DNA of 64,000 nucleotides from Podospora anserina (Eukaryota): NCBI GenBank assembly GCA_017654855.1, contig CM030338.1, positions 3,968,001 to 4,032,000 of the forward strand, read 5' to 3'. Shown piece by piece: positions 49,207 to 62,056 of this stretch (position 1 is its first letter; each line of letters starts with the position of its first letter). The notes under the pieces were generated by a model. It saw only the letters and a program-made list of their open reading frames with translations, ran no database searches and was not told where the DNA came from. The position numbers and the translations under genes were made by a program.

Positions 49207-51362
49207 TCATCTATTTTTGGAAGTAGTTGTGTGCAACACCGGTTTACCTTCCACCCAGAGTACTCTTGCAGATGGTATAGTCCCGGGGCCATGCTCACAC
49301 ACAACCAAGACAATGTCGAACATGGCGTGATAGGGCATGGCATAAATCCAGCAAGCCAAACTCAAAGGACCAAATATGGCCATGGGGAGAAAAGACAATA
49401 AGAAATGATCTGTAAACCAGGTGTTAGTTTCAATGTCAAGTTCTCCGCAGTCCGGAGACTCTTACCAAAGAGCCATCGCCTTCGACAAATCGTCTCCCAA
49501 ACTTCCGTCTCCAACAGACGCTCTGCTCCATCCCATCTCCAAGGTCCACGAATTTTAAACTTAAGGTTTACATTCGTCCCCAATGCCCAAGCAATGGCCA
49601 ACCTCCACTCCCTTCGTTCCCCCGACCTCTTGACAATCTCTGCGAACCCAACTGCGGAGTTCATATCCAATGCTAACTGGTACACATAGCTCTCATGATC
49701 GTTACCATATCCGATCCGGCTATCCTTGCCATGTAACAACCTGTAGTGCGGCTCATCCTCCGGCCTCAACTCATGCACCCTCTCTGGAACCATGATGCCC
49801 AGGATCCACAACTGAGCCTGCATCTCCGCCAACGGCGGGATCGCCCCTAGACTTGGTCTCAAGAACCCGATGAATCCCACTGTTGGGTCTCTGTCGTGCA
49901 AGATTTTTCTCACGTCGGCCTCTTCTGCCGTGGGGTAGTGATCTCTGTCCAGAAAAGGAAAGGTTTGCTTGTAGCCTGTGAAGCAGATGACAATGTCGGG
50001 CTTGATATTCCCGTCTTTGACCCTCTGAAACTCCGGTCGTCCATTGTCTTGAAAGTGTATCTCTCCGTCGGAGGAGACTGACTCGGGCCAAGGGGCCAAG
50101 TCAATCTGTCGACCATTGGTGGAAGGTACGGGCGACTGGATGATACCCGAGCGGATGCGGTCGACAAGACTTCTTTTGGAGTTGAGACGATAGGGGTACG
50201 AGATGTAGGGAGATGCTTTGCTGCTCTTGAAGAAAACTGCAATGAAGAGATCAGTCTGAGAGTTCCTAAGGTACCCGGTCTAGCTATTGAAAAAGGGAGA
50301 AAAGCTTACTTTTGCTAACATGGTTCTTCTCTGGGGAAGGTTCTCCGACAATCTGGTCGAGACCTCCTGAAGTTCCGGTGTTCAGCCACAGTATTCCTTT
50401 GACGTACCAGTCGTAGAATGTCCAGGGGGCATTGGAGTTGCGCAACAGAGGGTGGACATAGGCTGTGTCGAAGAGACTTGCTCGGGCATTGTCCAATGGC
50501 ACTGTTAGAATGCTATTGGGTGTACCCCCAAGGACAGAAAAAAAGACGGGACTGAGGTTTCTCTGAGACTACAGTGTCAGTAAAGACCACTTACCAACGG
50601 GAATGCCGCGCTCTTGAGTGTCAGGAAAATCCAAACATGGCGGACCAACCTTGGGTGCAAAATGGAAGCCACTGCGGTGGCACATCACAACCTGCTTGGT
50701 GGGTGAGGTAACGGCCAGGTACGCTATATCTGCTCCTGTCTCGCCGCTTCCAAGCACCATGACTGTCTTATTAGTTCCAAACTGTGAGCGGGATTTGAAC
50801 TGGGATGAATGCATCACCAAGGGCACATGGTCCTCCAGCCCCGGGATTTCGGGCAGGTTAGGGGTGACATGCAGGCCAGAGCACATTGAAATCGCATCAC
50901 AGGTCCAACTCTTTTGCTTCCCCGTTCCTTTGGCTGAATACGTAATTGTATGACCCTTGCCTTTGATGTTGGGCTTTACCGATACCACAGTGATGGAGAG
51001 TTTGATTTGGGACCAAGGCTTGAATTTGTCGCAGTACTCGTGGAGATACTTGACGTAGCGCTCGGCAGAGACGAAGTCGGGGTCCTCGTCACGGAGACGG
51101 AAGTCTGAGAAGGAAGTAAGCTGCTTAGAACTGACAAGCTGTGGATTTTGCCTATGTTAGCCTTGTGAGTTAAGTGTGCCGTGGAGACTCAACAAACCTC
51201 GGTATCTTCATAGATCCTGGCTTGAAATGTGCCGCCGATGGTGTCTTCGCTCTCGAATAACAGTGTTTCAATGGGCTCAGTGCCGAGAAAAGTGTGAGCA
51301 GAAACAAGATATTTCAGAGTAACTAGTCCTGAAGGACCTGCTCCGATGACTGCAGCCTTCAT
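49207..51362 (-). CDS. Flavin-containing monooxygenase (FMO-like), 5 exons
   Basis: MKAAVIGAGPSGL, ELVSSKQLTSFSDF, MCSGLH, MHSSQFK, VLGSGETGAD, FTGYK, GAIPPLAEMQAQ; four GT-AG introns splice in frame. Confidence 0.88.
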
Positions 51363-51715
51363 GTTTACAAAGCGGTCGTCATTCGGTATTTAGAGGCCCA
51401 GAAAGAAAGAGGAGAGCAGGGGAACAAAAGGTTTGAGTGTAGTGAAGAAAGGGGCATAGCAAATACATGTAGTCTCAACAGTTCTTTCTAATCTTTCCAC
51501 TCAACATTCAACGGCCGTGATGCGTGATACCGGCCGCATGATGGTCAAAAGTGCGAGGACACGATCACCCCAATTTGAGTATTTCTACTCAGGTTGGTGT
51601 TGTTTCCCAAACAGAAGAATAGAACGACCTGCGGTCAGCAATATGAGTTCTTGGTATGGGGACGATTGTTATCAAGAGGTATTACTCATGAATATGCATA
51701 ACACATCCTGCATTC

Positions 51716-52102
51716 CAGGGGCTATGAGTCAAGTCCGGCTTGACTTGACGGTCAAGTCAAGGAAGCAAGTCAAGCCAAGCCGGCCTTTTTTCTGGCCAAG
51801 TCAAATCAAGCCCTTTTATTAGCTTAACTTATAAATCTACCAAACCGCTTAGGCCTATATATATATATAGGTACCGGCCAAAAGTCTAGCCAGGATTCCG
51901 GCCAAGGCTCCGGGCGGGAGGGTCCGGGCCCGGAACCAGTGTTCCCGCTCTATACTCTCGGGCCGAAAAAACACTTGGGGCCTTCTAAGTTCGGCTTGTT
52001 AAGTTAAGTTGGTGATGGCGTCAAGCAAGCCAGGCCCGAGGAGCCTCAAGACAAGCCAAGCTGAGGCCTCGGCTTGCTCGACTTGGCTCATTGCCCACCC
52101 TG
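51716..52102. mobile_element. Non-autonomous hAT-type MITE (387 bp)
   Basis: Imperfect TIRs CAGGGGCTATGAGTCAAGTC / GACTTGGCTCATTGCCCACCCTG, many CAAGC/CAAGT subterminal repeats, 8-bp TSD CTGCATTC / CTACATTC (one transition). Confidence 0.8.
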
Positions 52103-52340
52103 CTACATTCCATCATTACCTTAAGAAATGGTGTCTGAACCCTCCCTCGAATGCCTCTTAACCACTGCCCCATTACTTGATCCGATGACTTGCACGGCGA
52201 TGACTCTACGGCTGAAGCCATGAGGGGAGGTTCGGTTAACTGTTCCACACCCTCTCTTCCTCCGTATTTCAAAAAAAAAAAGGAGGCAGAAGACCAAAAA
52301 AAAGACCAAGATCAAAAAGCAAGATAGACGACGGGAATTG

Positions 52341-52428
52341 AGCCCGACGTGGGGGTCGAACCCACAACCTTGAGATGACGGAGGAACTCCTTAAGAGTCT
52401 CACGCTCTACCGATTGAGCTAGCCGGGC
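52341..52428 (-). tRNA. tRNA-Lys (CTT) with ~15-nt intron
   Basis: Reverse complement GCCCGGCTAGCTCAATCGGTAGAGCG TGAGA CT CTT A[intron]A TCTCA..GGTTCGACCCC..GTCGGGCT; T-runs downstream. Confidence 0.93.
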
Positions 52429-53007
52429 GGGCTCGTGTGCCTACCAGGATTTGGTGTCGTTGTGAGCAGAATCTGGGATTGACACTGGCATTGGAGATAT
52501 TTTTGTGTGTCGTTGAAGCTTCTCTGTCTCTAGGGCTGAGTGGGGGTCAAAGCTCGTGGCGCAGTATGGCCGGCCAAGTGGGGCGGGGCAGGTATGTGCC
52601 AGGCTTCCACCCACTGGACTGGAAACCAGTCAGCCGCTGACGGTAGCAGGGGCCGGTCTTTTGCCCAGTCGCTTCGAGTGGTGAAGCACTCGCCAAGAAG
52701 ATATGAATAGACGGCATCAAGATCTCAACTCCATCCATCATCGAACATGTCATCCCCGATCCTGGCTCAGGGAACTGCTCACTATCGGTTGGCATCAGTT
52801 TCCGACGGCCTTTCAACTACTGCCTGTCCAACACCGCCCGGATGATCTACCAAAGGAATTCACGATGCTTGCCAGCGCACAGGGGAAGGGTAAAGATTAT
52901 GGATTGGGCTTTGAAGACATAAAATGATGCCTTTCCATCCCCATTTCTGACATTGAAACAGCATCTCAACCTTCCATCTCAACCATCTCATTCGACACTC
53001 GGTCACC

Positions 53008-54156
53008 ATGGGCTTCTCCCTCACCTCCCTCCTCGCTACGGCGTCTTTAGCCCTCGCGATTCCACACGACTTCCAGATTGGAGAACGGGCCCCAGTCAGC
53101 ACCATCGACATCCGATACCGACATGACAAAGTCACCAACAAATACGCTCTCGCTGTCTTGGACAAAGATACACACCAAGTTCTTGCTCGTGTTTGCGATA
53201 AATCCATCAGATCGGGTGCCTTTTCGGCCCTGCCTATCCACGTTGATGCCGACGGTGAAGCCTTTGGGACCATCACTGTCGGATCTCGCACCCATGCAAT
53301 CGGGCACCGCTCACGCCAAGTTGACTGCTGGAGCATGTACAGCAATCGTGCCGCCACAGTAACCTGCCATGTGTCTCTCAGGCACTTGCCGGCACTGGAT
53401 TTTGATGCGTTAGCTCACGACACACCGGCGCCACCCTGTTTCGACAACTTTCCCTTGGTAGAGCAAAGCGATGTGGATGGGACTCCCTCCAACGTCACCC
53501 AGCTCGAGCTTGCCCAACATGAAATTGGTAACGAGGGGTTGGAGACTGTCCAGGCCCAGGACCAACTTCCGTCACACCCAACCTTGCGTGCCAGACAAGG
53601 TTCCATTCTCCGCTGCCCTCCTTACCGCGAGACCAGACTGGTCGGCGATGGCAACCCCCATCAGAACTACTATCATGTTCAAATGACGGTAAGCTTGCAT
53701 TCTTCTTCTCACTATGGCCAACCTCGCTAACCAATCTTGCAGAGCAAAGGAAGATGCGGCGACGGCGACTGCGAGATCAGCTACGAAACCTCGGAGACTA
53801 AAACCTTCTCATGGACAGCGTCCGCCTCCATTGCTGGCTGGATCTCTGGTGGATTTGCTGTCGAAAAGTCGCACTCGTTCGCAGAGAATTTCAATTGCGT
53901 CGGCAAGGAGGGGCATGACACGAATGTCTGCGTGTGGCAGATGATCGCACACACAGCGTATACCGTCCAGAACTATATCGTATACCCCTGTTCTAATAAA
54001 GCAGTCCGTGATGGAGACCCCTTCATTCTCTGGTCTCCCAACGCAAACAACGTTGGGAGCGAGTACTATTGCGTCAGGAACACATGCCGCGCAGGCAAAG
54101 GCGATAATTGGTGGGACAAAAGCCCAAGCAGGCCGGGGGGACCTCGCGACTGGTAA
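53008..54156 (+). CDS. Secreted Cys-rich protein, candidate aerolysin/ETX-MTX2-like beta-pore-forming domain, 2 exons
   Basis: Signal peptide; intron 53689-53742 (GTAAGC..GCTAAC..CAG) in frame; possible processing site LRAR/Q, then GDGNPHQNY and a Ser/Thr-alternating hairpin. Gene model is confident, function is inferred. Confidence 0.75.
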
Positions 54157-54369
54157 CCCGCGGTTCATTACTGTTTTCGGGTGTTTGGAGTTTTGGTAAA
54201 GGAAGAGCATGTTTAAGTTCATTTGTATCCTGTATATATGGTGGATCGGTAACTCAACCACTCTAATATGAGGGGGCTGTGGCTCTCCGGCAAGCACATG
54301 ATTACAAGCCATTAGCCCCATCCAAGCTACGCAATGAAAGCTTGAACAACGTGGTTCAAGGTACGTAGA

Positions 54370-55997
54370 CTACTCCATCTTTTCTTGATTGTTCCACAAG
54401 TGAAACGACTCCTTTCGGTTTCCCCGCCAACTTCCAGTTGTGAGCCAAGTAGAACAACTTGCTGAACCAAGGCTGCGGCCAACCCCAGCGACACCATGCC
54501 GGTCTGAATCAGTAGGCCAGTGTGGTAACCGCTTGATATTTCATTGGCTCTGTATTACCACGTCCCCACCATCATTCCAGTGTTGGCGCTCATCACCCAC
54601 ATGGCGATGCTGATGCTCCTCTCTTGAGGGTCGTGGCAGTTGAACTGGAGCCAGGTGTTGTGAACCGGATGATATCCGACAGCAAATGCATTAATCACTG
54701 TCCACAAACCCCAACGGCTCCATGTACCAACACCGGCCTGCAGCGATCTCCCAGCTACCAAGGCTATGAGATAGCATAGCTAACCAGCAACGACAGTCAG
54801 CCCTCGCTTGTTGGTTGCGTCGCTAATGGCGGCCAGTGTAAATGCTAATAGAGGAGCTGGGGAAGCCCCGACGGCGGCGAGGGTGTTGGCAGTTATCCTA
54901 TCAAAGCCAAAGCTTCTGTTTGTCAGGACAGTGTGTCAGTTGGTGAGAAATTCCGTGTCGGCTTCAAAGGTCACCAAAGGGAGCTCACATGATAATAGAC
55001 GGCGTACACGTCGTCAACGGTGACCAAGTCGAAAAGATACAAAACGTCGACACGAAATGCGGCCACCTCCAATGCTTCACCGTCTTCCACACCACAGCTA
55101 GCGGTATATGGCCCTTGGGCTTCCCATCTGTCAAATCCAACCCATCACCATCCCTCACCAACCTGCCCTGCAGGATTTCCCGATCTTTCTCACTAAATAC
55201 CACCAGACCCCCCTCCCAACCAACGGCTTCGTCTCCCCAGGTGACCCAGGCAACAAGAAAAAGAACAACCCTCTCACACAAAAACTAAACAGCCCCTCCA
55301 GCAAGAAAAGCCACTGCCAATCTCTCAACCCATGACGACCACTCAGCTTCAAAATCCCAGACGCCAATAGAGGGGAGAGAGCATTCTCGCCAAACATGCC
55401 AATAAAAAAGACGGCTACTCGACGTGTGCATTTGCGGGAGGTGTACCAAGTAGAGATGGTGTTGATACTTCTCGGGATATATCCCGACTCGGCAAGACCC
55501 AGACATAGCCTAGAGGCAAGATAGTCCGCTCGGTTGGTGATGAGGATTTGCAGGGTTCCAACTAGGCCGAAGAAGAGGATTTGGGAGGAGATCCACTTTC
55601 TGGGGCCGAGCTGATGCACACAGAGGTTGCTTAAGTCAATATCAATTGGGGGAATGGGGGGGTTGGGAAGATGACCTTTTGGAGTATCATGTTACTTGGG
55701 ATTTCCAACACGACAGTGTCCAGGAATAGGAGCTGGTTCCCGAGGTTGATGGTGTCCTGGTCGAGGTTGGAGCGCTCGGCAAAACCGTCGGTGAGGGCGC
55801 TGGCGAGGTTCATGGCGGTCGAACTGAAAGACCAGGAGGCCGAGCGTGAGGAGCGGGAGGACGGTGTGGTCGATTTTGCGGCGGGCGGACTTTTCTTCTG
55901 ACGGTGACCACTATGGAATTTCTGGGTCGGAAGAGGAGTCGGAGCTGTTTGGGGATGTGGTTGCGAGGGAAAGTGTTTTGTCCCCTAGAATGATCAT
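54370..55997 (-). pseudogene. MFS anion:cation symporter (Dal5/allantoate-permease-like) pseudogene
   Basis: RRKID..VLP, QFDR/MNLASAL, LEIPSN, RLCLGLAESG, WQWLFLLEG motifs. In-frame stops at 55911-55913, 54780-54782 and 54555-54557; frameshifts near 55814 and ~55210; 3' end approximate. Confidence 0.85.
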
Positions 55998-56720
55998 TGT
56001 GTTATGCTTGAAAACTATCACGCCAGAGAGCTGACCTGGCTAGCATGAGCACTCAGAGATTGACAGTTATATCTCTTAGAAGAACCCAGAGAACACAACA
56101 GTTGTTATTCCTCGAGAAAATGACCTGATCTGATCAAACAAACCAAATAACTCGCTCTATTATTCTACCACTCATTAACATCAAGGTACAAAGCCAAAAC
56201 TCTACTGGTCAAGATCCCGATGGTGGTCACTAAATAAGGCAGTGTTGCTTCTCTTCATTGTTGACTCCGAAGGTGTGCATGCAAGTTTATCTTGCCATCC
56301 GTAAAGTTATGCCATCTTGACGGCATCTTCAACGTGCTGACTGAATGGTGTGGGCGAAGCAACACGACTCCAAAAGGAGATCTTGCCCCATGTGCTTACG
56401 CTTCCAACAAAAAGCCCGCGGCATATGCATGCAGTCATCTTTTTGGGGTATGTCATGAAGTAACGGAAGTCTTACCCAGTTGGAGAAACCGAGATTTTAC
56501 AACAGAAGAGAAATGGATGACCGTTCGCTGTCCAAGCATCAACAGCAGCGGAGAAAAGAGAACATAACACGGGAGGGGAAAAGGGGCAAAAAGGGGCTGC
56601 ACAATTAAATTATCCACTCTTATGCAAAAATATTATGCAAATGCACAGACCACTCACATCATCCATCATCAGTGCATCACATCATGCTTCGTATCTGTCA
56701 ACTCCGTCATGTCGGCCTCA

Positions 56721-58059
56721 TCAGAGCTCCGGGGGAGGGGGCCCAGGGCTTCGGCCGCTGATGAAGCGGTAGATGGTGATCAGTCTCAGATCTCTATTGC
56801 GGAACTCCCGCTTGACGCCCTCAATCAGGACCTGGCACTGCTGTTCGGTATATGAATGCACGCGGGTGAAGAGTGCAGGGGTGTGAGAGGCCACCGACAT
56901 CTGCATATGCAGTTGCTCGAAGCGGCCCAACTCCTTCAGATGAGGGTCCTTGGCCCATGGTCCAATGGGAATCTATCCATGCCGCCGCCGATGTTAGTAA
57001 GCATGATCAGGTATCACAACGACGTCAACGTCGCGAGCAGGGAGCCGCTCTTACCCTGATGACCTTCTCCTGGACGTCTTCAAAGCCCGCATCGATCATC
57101 CATTGCTTGTGGCGGTTGGCCACGTTGATTTGCTTGCCAAACATCTTGCTGGCATCATCCAGCTTGGTTACCCATTCCTTGGTCCAAGGCGCCCTGTCGA
57201 AGCTGTCGTCGTCGCTGAAGATCCAGGCATCGTACTCTTGCATTTCACAGTAGCCGCCTGGCTTGAGGTGCGTCCTCACCTGGCGATAGAATCGACCCCA
57301 GTCAGCAACGGTACCGCCGAGGGCACGCCCGTGGATGTAGTCGAACGCCTCGTCTGGCCTGTACGTCCAGTCGTCTTCGTAGTCGTCGACGTGGAAGCGG
57401 CAGTTGCCGGGCACCCATTCGGGTTGAATGGGGCTCAAATCAACGCCAAATACAGACGCACGAGAGTGCTGGTCAGCAATATCCATAGCCCAAATACCGG
57501 TGCCGCAGCCGAGATCCAAGATCCTGTACTCGCTGCCGGAATCCGACTCGTCTGGAACATTCAAGGGCGCCGTGTACAAGCTTCCATGGAGCAGGAGAAG
57601 CCAAATGTGGTGTTGGAGATCAAGGCGCTCTTGTTCGTCCTCGTCGTTGGGCAAGACATACTGCCCCGAGCGATAGGCATGGTACCGACGACCGTTCTCA
57701 TAGATATAGTTTGTGATGGACGAGGTGATGGATCCGGTGCGGGATGAGCCGTCTAGGGAGACGTAAGCCGAGTCGGCATCATAGTTGTCTTCGGTGCCCT
57801 CGTCGTGCTGCAGGCAAGGACGCAAAGAGTCGCGTTAGTCACCGGCATGCAGGTTTCGAAGGACGGAAGCAGTGAGCATCTGGCATCAACGTACATCGAT
57901 TTCGAGGTGAGGGTGGTCTGGTTCATCGGCAGGGCCTTGCTGCAAATCCCCGGGACTTGTCACATCCTTTGATGCTGTTGGTGACTCCGGCGGCTTCCCA
58001 AAGGCCGCGGCAGAGCCAGACCCGCTATTAGCAGCGGGTTTGGCGGGGCTATCAGACAT
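56721..58059 (-). CDS. SAM-dependent methyltransferase, LaeA-like/TAM family, 3 exons
   Basis: Exons 58059-57895, 57807-57055, 56972-56721; YENGRRYH, PNDEDEQERLDLQH, ILDLGCGTGIWA, GVDLSPIQP, FDYIHGR, LKPGGY, IPIGPW. Confidence 0.92.
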
Positions 58060-59111
58060 TGGAATGGCGTAGCTCTAGCACGAAGGATGGGGAGAAAGTG
58101 AGAAACTCGTGGGACCCCAGTTTGGCAGCGTTACTTCTTTGTCTTCAGGTTTGTCTGGCCGGCGATGATCTGCCGAAAGGATCGGAAGAGCAAGGTATCG
58201 GGGGGACGAACACTTGGGACAGACGGCGGACCCAATTCATATGGGCCCCTTCCCCTTCCGAGAGCCCCTCTTTGGTCTGGCTGGCCCAGACATGTGTTGT
58301 TTCTCGTTTGTACCCGAACCCCTGGGCTCGTGGGCTCATGGGCTCGCTTGGGAGGCGGATTGCGTATTTTTTTTCCCTTGGACAAATTCCTGGCTGCGTG
58401 GTTCCAGCTGGCCGTGGTCCCAGCAGTAAGGTCTGACGCCCCGCCGTTCCCACCTGCCGAGACGAACCAAGGGCCCGCCATCCCGGATCAGGGGGTGTTG
58501 TGCTCCGCCAGCCTCCGCTAACCTCCGCTAGCTGCACCTGTCCCCACGCGCTACACCAGCACAAGCTGCCAGCCGAGCGCTGGCTTCCGCGCTATCACTT
58601 CACCACATCCCATCACACAGCTCCACTCAAGAAGACGAGTTCCACATCACAGGCCGCACCCAAAATGCTACCCAAGTTCTGGTTTGTACCGAGCCGAGTA
58701 TGTCCCTCTCACTCGGGGACCGTTGCCTGTTGCGGGAAGTGTGCTCCCATGTCGAGGGCCACCGTGAAGGACGATCCAAGGATGCCTTTCTTCTTCAGGG
58801 GCCCAAAGGGGGCGAGGCACTGAGGGAATACCTACGCCCAGGACTCGAGAGAGGGGAAGGGGGTCTTGACAGATGATTGGAAACGGAAGACGAAGTGGAT
58901 TGCTTCTTTAATTCGGGCCCCCTCCTTGAACCGGCGGACTGGAACCTGGAAATGAACCTGTTCATCGGCCGGGGGGCCTTTTAAAGATATCTTTGTTTGC
59001 TCGTCCTGGCTTGTGACTTATCTCCTGCTTCCTGTCTCTTGATCTGACTGATCACCTACCGACACTGCTCTCTCTATCCCCCTCTCTCTTCGTTTCATCC
59101 CCATCTTCAAC

Positions 59112-60254
59112 ATGGCCGACGTTCAAAAAAAGCTCATCGTGGTGTTGGGTGCCACCGGTAACCAGGGCGGTGCTGTTGCCCGCCGTTTTCTCCAGGACCC
59201 GCAATACGCCGTTCGCGGCTTGACCCGCAATGTCTCGTCGCCCGCAGCACAGGCCCTCAGGGAGCTCGGGGCCGAAGTGGTGGCGGCCGAGCTGGACGAC
59301 GTCGAGTCTCTCAAGAAGGCCTTCAAGGGCGCCAACCTCATCTTCAGCGTGACACAGTACTGGGAGCCCTTCTTCCGCCCTGACTGCCGGGCCAAGGCGG
59401 AGGAGCTCGGCATCACCTGCCGCAAGTACGCCTATGATGTTGAGGTCCAGCAGGGCAAAAACATTGCCGACGCTGCGGCCACTGTGGTTGACACTCTGGT
59501 GGATAACGGCTTCCTGGTATCGACCCTGAGCAGCGCGCGGAAGTGCAGCAAGGGCAAGTTCCAGGACCTATACCACTTTGACTCCAAGGCCGATGTGTTC
59601 CCCGACTATGTTGTTCCCAAGTATCCCGAGTTGGCGGCCAAGATGTCGTGTATTCACACCGGCTTCTTCACCACCAGTCACAATATCTTGCCCGACTCCT
59701 ATTTTGCCAAGGTGAGCCACCACTCGTCGGTCCGAAGAAGGAGAAATACTGATGATCGTGGCAGCAATCCGACGGGAGCTTCCAGATGCGCTTCCCCTGT
59801 AACCCAGACAAGCTGGTTCCCCAGCTGGACGTGAACCGTGACACTGGCAACTTTGTGTATGCCGTCTCCCAGATGCCGCCTGGAAAGGCCTACATGGCTG
59901 GGGAGTATCTGAGCTTCAGGGATTGGGCGGCTGCGTGGGGTCGGGTTACTGGGGCCACCATCGAGTATAAGGAGGTGACGATTGACGAGATGGTGGCCGA
60001 GACTCCTGACAAGGCCTGTGGACTGGAGGTTGCTCTCATGTATTCGTATTCGTCCGATCCGGGGTACGATGGTGGGATGGAGCTGTTGACAGCTGAGGAT
60101 ATCCAAAAGGTGAGAACGAGCCCTGCTTTCTTTGGTTTGCAAATGTGGAAGAAAAATACTGACCAGATAAATCTAGGCGGGCATCGATTGCCCGATCACG
60201 ACGGTGGAGGAATCTCTGGCAAAGCAGGACTTTTCCAAGTTTTTCAGCAAATAA
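59112..60254 (+). CDS. NmrA-like family protein, 3 exons
   Basis: Exons 59112-59711, 59765-60109, 60177-60254; VLGATGNQGGAVA, VRGLTRN, EVQQGKNIADAA, HFDSKA, DTGNFV. Confidence 0.9.
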
Positions 60255-60708
60255 AAAGAGAACAATATCAGGTAGCTAGCAATGACAAGATCAAGCAATA
60301 AAAGAAGAGATAGACAGCTACAGCAACCAGAGGTGCGTTTGTCAAGTGCCTGGAGCTGCAGTTGGTGTCAAACGCAACGAGTGGGGTGACTGCCCGGCCT
60401 GAAAAGCAGGACTAATTTACCTTACCTACTTTTTCTCTGGATTATTGTCAAGGTTAGTTTTTATTGTGCTCTCAATTTCTTGCAACGTAGCGAATTCATC
60501 CCCAGCCACTTGCACACCATTTCCCTGAAGCCTTTGGCCATGATTCCAGTTTGCAACGCGACTACATTACCTTTCGCCGCACCCTCACGCAACCTCAAAA
60601 TCATGTCGGTTGCTGAAGCGACCTTCTTCTCTCAATCCTTTTCTTTCCCACCACGTCACACCTGCGACTGCGACTGAGACCGCCCTCGTTTCGGCTCCAA
60701 CATCGAAA

Positions 60709-62056
60709 ATGTCTTCACCAAACAAAAGACTCCAGCATTACAACATGCTTGGAGTTCGCCCAGATGCGACTTCTGCTGACGTCAAGAAGGCATACCATCG
60801 AATGGCTCGCCTGAGGCATCCCGACAAGCATGGCAACTCTGCCGCTGCCACAGCGGACTTTCAGGAGGTATGTCCTGTTTCCCAGAGATGCCGCATGGTA
60901 CCAGGTACTAACTGTTTGATAGCTGCAACAAGCCTACGAGATTCTCTCTGACCCCAAAGCAAGGCATACTTACGACCAGACCATCGCCACCAAGCTGTCG
61001 AGGACAGAGCAGGCGCGGCGCAGGTATGCCGAGCTCCTTGATCGCGTACAACGGGATTCGGCAAGGGTACAGCCCACTGTCGACTACAAACGGCGGCTCT
61101 TTGAAGCGTTCACCTTTCGGCTGAAACAAAAGCAACGGGCCTACGATGTTGCACAACGGCGTATTATCGACGCGAAGGCTTTTGTTGTCATCAGCGATGA
61201 TGACAGCGACGAGCCAGCCCAATCTCCTCAAAGTGATACCCAACATGCTTCGACAGGCGAGATGCCCCCTCAAACTGTCCAAGACCTCGATCTTGCCAAG
61301 CAAGACCACCAAAAGGCGACTGCGGACATGCGAGACGCCGAAACCAACTGGAAAAGACTGAAGGAGGAGGTGGACGTCCTTTTGGACAAGGTTTGGAGCT
61401 CAGAGAAGGAATGCGCAGAGCTGGAAAAGGAACACAACCCTCGCTGGCAGGACAGTCAAACAGCACAGATACCAAGCCCGCTTTCTTTTCATGGTGGTCC
61501 TCAAACTATGTCACAAGGGCGTCCGTCACAGTATGAAGCTTCTCAGTATCCTCCAAACCCATCGCCCACCACGCCGCCACCACGCTCACATCGACAGAGG
61601 TCATCCGAAGCCCTACCGACCTTCTCTCCTCGTCCATCCTACAGCTCTACCAGGCCACCGCCTGGCCAGGAACAGCACTATCAGCGGGCGAGATCTTTTT
61701 CATTTCATGGATCAAACTTCCGACACCCTCCGCCTCCCCAGCCACCTTGGCAACATCACCAGCGGTCGATGGCAACTCCCCACCCCTTCGGGGCGATGGA
61801 AACTGAGATCAAGATACTGAGGACCTTTCTCGCGGAGAAGAACAGGATTGTGAACAGTCTACTTCAGAAGAACCTAGCTCTGGAGGATGAGGTCCAACGG
61901 CTGAGGCGCATGTTGGACCAAGCGAACAACTCACCAGTGCACAAAAGTGGCGACGTGGAACCGACAACCAGGAAGAAGAGGGGAAGGCCGAGGAATGATA
62001 CTCGCGATTCTGCTAACACTGATGGCAGAGGGCCTAAGGCTGCCAGGACGGGTTGA
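60709..62056 (+). CDS. DnaJ (J-domain) protein with coiled coils and C-terminal AT-hook-like motif, 2 exons
   Basis: HYNMLGV...VKKAYHRMARLRHPDK..ADFQE/LQQAYEILSDP across intron 60868-60922; frame stays open into the 61262-62056 ORF; RKKRGRPR near the C-terminus. Confidence 0.85.

Noticed and set aside
49207..60254. FMO, methyltransferase, NmrA and MFS genes as a secondary-metabolite cluster
   Set aside because: No backbone synthase or pathway transcription factor; interrupted by a tRNA and unrelated genes; these families are abundant genome-wide
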